Of a stretch of DNA of 64,000 nucleotides, positions 60,801-64,000 are shown in pieces. The translations under genes and the position numbers were made by a program. The stretch spans positions 18,743 to 82,742 of the forward strand of contig JBBRRC010000005.1 of NCBI GenBank assembly GCA_038225385.1, written 5' to 3'. The number at the start of each line of letters is the position of its first letter. Position 1 is the first letter of the stretch. The notes below the pieces were generated by a model, which did no database searches, had not been told where the DNA came from, and saw only the letters and a program-made list of their open reading frames with translations. The DNA is from Sphingomonadales bacterium. Its GTDB lineage: Bacteria; Pseudomonadota; Alphaproteobacteria; Sphingomonadales; Sphingomonadaceae.

Positions 60801-63017
60801 TCAGTCTATTCCCGACCCGGCGCGATTGCCAGCCATCGTTGAAACCCGCCGGCGCAGCTCCTCGATGAGCTCGGGTATCGCGGCCAGACGGGGCGTTTCG
60901 ACATCGAGGATGGCCGCGAACGCCGTGGCCTTTGCCGACAGGATTGTTGCATCGTCGATCTTCATCGGGAATGTCGAGACGACGATATCGATCAGTCTCT
61001 CCGCGCCGTGCAGTCGACCCCAGAGATAATCATTCTCACGGTAGGTGCGGCTGAAAAACGCACCGAAACTGTTGAACTGGACACCTTTCAGCACGGGTCC
61101 GTTGCCGAGCGACGTCGCATCCTCCGGCGCGATGCGGTCGACGTTGACCGGGTCGAATTCATCGAACCCCTCGCCCTGCAATAGCGCAAGCGTCGCGACA
61201 TCGTAAAAGGGGAAACCCAGATAGGCGAGCAGCGGTGCCCGCCGGCGAACGCGCAGGCAGGCCCCGATTGCATCGGCCAGCGCGGCATCGGTGCGGGCAT
61301 CGAGCGCGGGCAGGTTCCATCGGCCCTCGACAAGGCTGATCAGCACACCCGCGTCGTCCGTCTCGATGCGCATGAGGTGCGATGATTCGAGGTCGAGGTA
61401 GTTTGCGAGGCAGGCAAAGACCGTACGACGCAGATCGTCATATTCTCCGCATGGATCCTGTTCGATCAGGATGGACATCCGGCGGGCAACGAACCGCAGG
61501 CGCCGGATACGATAACGCAGGTCGAGGCGCGACAGGTCGGCGTGCCGTGCCAATGCGGCGTGGAGCGCGCTGACGGAAACCCTGTCGCCGCTCAGCCGGG
61601 CGAGGGCATCGCCGATGCCCGCGCGGACGATTTCACGATAGGCCACGTAGGAATGGCCGGCGTCACGACCGGCGCGCTCCGCGGCGCGGGCCCGCCAGGT
61701 CGCCAGCCTCGCGGCCGTAGGCCGGTCGAGGAACAGCGTGCGCCCGAACAGGCTCTCGACCGAGGTTTCGACATCGGGACGCAGCGCCTCGATGATGCGC
61801 CGCGTCCGGGCAATCCTGCCACTGCGCGCCGCGATCGATTCCAGATTGTCGCGGATCGGCTGTTCGCGCGGAATATCGGACAGCGCGCCGAACAGCGTGG
61901 TGAAGAATCCGGGCACCTCCCCGCGCTTGCTGCCGAAACCGATGCTCTTACGTCCGGGCTTGGGGTCGATGTAGACGAATCGCCGATCGACTTCACGGCG
62001 GGCAGGGCGGTCGCGAAGCGCCTCGATCGCGGGCCGGAACGGGGCGTTGGCGAGCACCGACCCGTCGATCAAGACGGTCTGTTCGGCGATATTTTCGTCA
62101 GTCTGCCGGGGCAGGATGCGTGACAGAAACGCATCGCGACCGGGCCATGCACGCTGGCGATCCTTCAACACCCGGTCGAGTTCGCCGACGGTAAACGGAG
62201 GGAAGGCGCCCGGAAAACTCGCGGTGGCACGCGCCGCGAACACAAGCTCTGCGGCATCACCCAGTTGATCCGGTACTCCCGGGTCATCACGAAAGGCCAG
62301 CGTCAGCCGGTGCTCGGTCTCGATGATCATCGGCGGGGAATGGATCGGCAGGTTTTCAGGATGGCCGTTGAAGTCGGTCACCGTGACGAACAGGTCGAGC
62401 GGCTGCTCGTCGGGGAGAAGGCGCGGCCCGGCCCGGCCGGTCGCCATCGCGTCGAATGCGTTCAGCAGCAGCGTATCGAACTCGGGGCCGCCAAAGGGCG
62501 GTTCGAACCAACGCGACCGGACGAAGCGGGTCAGCTTGGTATGGATTTCCTCTCGGGCACTCGGGTCCAGACCGTCGTCCCAGGTATCGCCTTGTCGACC
62601 GGCGAAGGCCCAGGCGATCGGCGACGCCCACAGCTTTGAGATGCGCGACGGTGCCCGCGCCTCCGGATCGAGCAGCGCATCCACATCGGCCTTGTCCAGC
62701 CACATTGCCGTCAGGGGATCGAGCGACTGTCCGGTCGTGATCGCCTGGGCAAGGAAGATGCCATTGATGCCGCCGGCCGAGGCACCGGCAATGATGTCCG
62801 CCAGGATGCGCACGCGGACGCCGGTTGCCCGTTCCAGTGTGTTCAGAAGATCGACATAGGCTTGCTCGACGGGGTCGTCCGGCGTCACACCATCATGGAA
62901 CGCACGGCTCGCACGCGCCAGATGCCAGACCTCTTTCGTGACACCGTGCATGTAGACCGCAAGGCTGATACCGCCGTAGCAGACAAGGCCGAGCCGAAGT
63001 TCTTTTTCTCGCATCAT
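60801..63017 (-). CDS. Patatin-like protein (long DUF3376-type form)
   Basis: LVCYGGISLAVYMHG, GASAG nucleophile, DGSVLANAPF and NDYLWGRLHGAERLID motifs. Confidence 0.88.
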   Translation of the reverse strand: MMREKELRLGLVCYGGISLAVYMHGVTKEVWHLARASRAFHDGVTPDDPVEQAYVDLLNTLERATGVRVRILADIIAGASAGGINGIFLAQAITTGQSLDPLTAMWLDKADVDALLDPEARAPSRISKLWASPIAWAFAGRQGDTWDDGLDPSAREEIHTKLTRFVRSRWFEPPFGGPEFDTLLLNAFDAMATGRAGPRLLPDEQPLDLFVTVTDFNGHPENLPIHSPPMIIETEHRLTLAFRDDPGVPDQLGDAAELVFAARATASFPGAFPPFTVGELDRVLKDRQRAWPGRDAFLSRILPRQTDENIAEQTVLIDGSVLANAPFRPAIEALRDRPARREVDRRFVYIDPKPGRKSIGFGSKRGEVPGFFTTLFGALSDIPREQPIRDNLESIAARSGRIARTRRIIEALRPDVETSVESLFGRTLFLDRPTAARLATWRARAAERAGRDAGHSYVAYREIVRAGIGDALARLSGDRVSVSALHAALARHADLSRLDLRYRIRRLRFVARRMSILIEQDPCGEYDDLRRTVFACLANYLDLESSHLMRIETDDAGVLISLVEGRWNLPALDARTDAALADAIGACLRVRRRAPLLAYLGFPFYDVATLALLQGEGFDEFDPVNVDRIAPEDATSLGNGPVLKGVQFNSFGAFFSRTYRENDYLWGRLHGAERLIDIVVSTFPMKIDDATILSAKATAFAAILDVETPRLAAIPELIEELRRRVSTMAGNRAGSGID

Positions 63018-63060
63018 TTTCGAGTCGCACGCGAGGCCACCGGGGGAAAGTGGGCGTTCT

Positions 63061-63717
63061 TCAGAATCCGACGGCGCGCGTCCGGCCGTGGCCTGGCTGC
63101 GGCCGGTCGTTCGGATTGCCGTGCATGACACGCCGGAGGACCTCGGCAAGGTTGCGCACACCCAGCTTTTCCATAAGCTTGGCGCGGTGCATCTCGACCG
63201 TGCGGGGTGCTATATCCAATTTGGCAGCGATTTGTTTGTTGCTGAGTCCGTCAATCATCCCCGTAAGAACATCGAGCTGCCGTTCGGTGAGCAAGTCTGC
63301 AAAAGACGAGACGAGAGATGAGGTGGGCAAAACGTCTCGAGTATTCTCGATCGTCGCAAGTGCCGCCCGGAGAACCTGACCCAGACGGTCGAGTGTAAAC
63401 GGCTTAAGCAGCACATCGCGCGCGCCCAACTTCATTGCACATACTGTCGTCGGAATGTCGCCCTGCCCGGTAATCAAAATGGCAGGAATATGATTTTGCA
63501 AACCGGACATTGCCTCCAGAACGCCCAGTCCGTTCATTTCGGGCATGCAAAGGTCGATTAAAACACATCCACTTTGCAAATGATCGAGAGAATCGATGAA
63601 GTCCTGTCCGCTGGAAAAAGGATGATAACGGTAACCAAGTGCCTGCACCATGGCACTCAGCGTAACGCGCAGCTCAAGGTCGTCATCGATCACATAAACT
63701 GTATTCGCCTCTGACAT
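63061..63717 (-). CDS. FixJ/LuxR-type response regulator
   Basis: REC domain (IDDD, LIDLCMP, ITGQGD, KPF) plus LuxR HTH (LSNKQIAAKLDIAPRTVEMHR); AT-richer. Confidence 0.9.
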   Translation of the reverse strand: MSEANTVYVIDDDLELRVTLSAMVQALGYRYHPFSSGQDFIDSLDHLQSGCVLIDLCMPEMNGLGVLEAMSGLQNHIPAILITGQGDIPTTVCAMKLGARDVLLKPFTLDRLGQVLRAALATIENTRDVLPTSSLVSSFADLLTERQLDVLTGMIDGLSNKQIAAKLDIAPRTVEMHRAKLMEKLGVRNLAEVLRRVMHGNPNDRPQPGHGRTRAVGF

Positions 63718-63741
63718 CTGCTAACCGGTCCCCTTGAACGC

Positions 63742-63763
63742 CGTTACACTAAATCGTTACACT
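63742..63763. repeat. 9-bp direct repeat upstream of the response regulator
   Basis: CGTTACACT at 63742-63750 and 63755-63763, followed by TATAAT at 63766-63771. Confidence 0.6.
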
Positions 63764-63854
63764 TGTATAATAAGGTTAATTTAGCCCATAAACATCCTAT
63801 GCGCACGCCTTTCTTGAGCTTTCTATACCGTATTGGCCGCATGTCCTGTTTGAA

Positions 63855-64000
63855 GGAGGTGTAAAGTCCCTCCGGCTAGTAAGGTCTTACCGGGTCTGGT
63901 CCCCCGGTCACCGTAAGGAGGGACAAAGCGTACCCCACACGCTCCTTATTTACGGTGCCCCATCTGAACGGCAGGTCGCTCATCCCTCCCGAGCAACCTG
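63855..64000 (+). other. Highly base-paired non-coding element, truncated by window edge
   Basis: Several complementary segments (see finding); no ORF in the track. Confidence 0.4.

Noticed and set aside
60801-63017. Patatin protein as a CBASS/defence effector
   Set aside because: No cyclase or other defence genes adjacent; host-like GC and a position next to lapA-pyrF suggest a core gene.

Overview
High-GC alphaproteobacterial chromosome segment; gene content and order (rnhB-ccrM-folP, trpFBA-accD-folC, pyrF-lapA-patatin) fit a Sphingomonas-like organism (inference). From left to right: the end of a Wzx/Wzy-type polysaccharide locus (wzc, TPR-like gene, AT-richer wzx + FkbM), housekeeping and nucleotide-sugar genes (msrA, wecBC, tsaC), a peptide-transport/amidohydrolase cluster, glmM-thiD-rnhB-ccrM-folP, gcdH, an 11.5-kb TonB-receptor/AgaR amino-sugar utilisation locus, an AT-richer islet at the 3' end of tRNA-Arg(CCG), repair/biosynthesis genes (nth, dapB, uvrD, pit, rsmD, ampG, folC, accD, trpABF, pyrF) and the start of another AT-richer segment at the right edge. 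The best candidate for an undescribed system is the tRNA-Arg islet: a 445-aa protein with proteasome beta-subunit (Thr1/Asp17/Lys) signatures and a large insertion, followed 9 nt later by a 49-aa ORF that is absent from the ORF track. Other leads are an orphan sigma70 promoter followed by about 550 nt of hairpin-rich non-coding DNA before gcdH, a structured non-coding element at the right edge, and an Aga-like pathway that lacks the usual deacetylase, aldolase and PTS genes. No CRISPR array, rRNA, intact transposase or integrase was seen. Family assignments come from motif recognition only; no database search was run.
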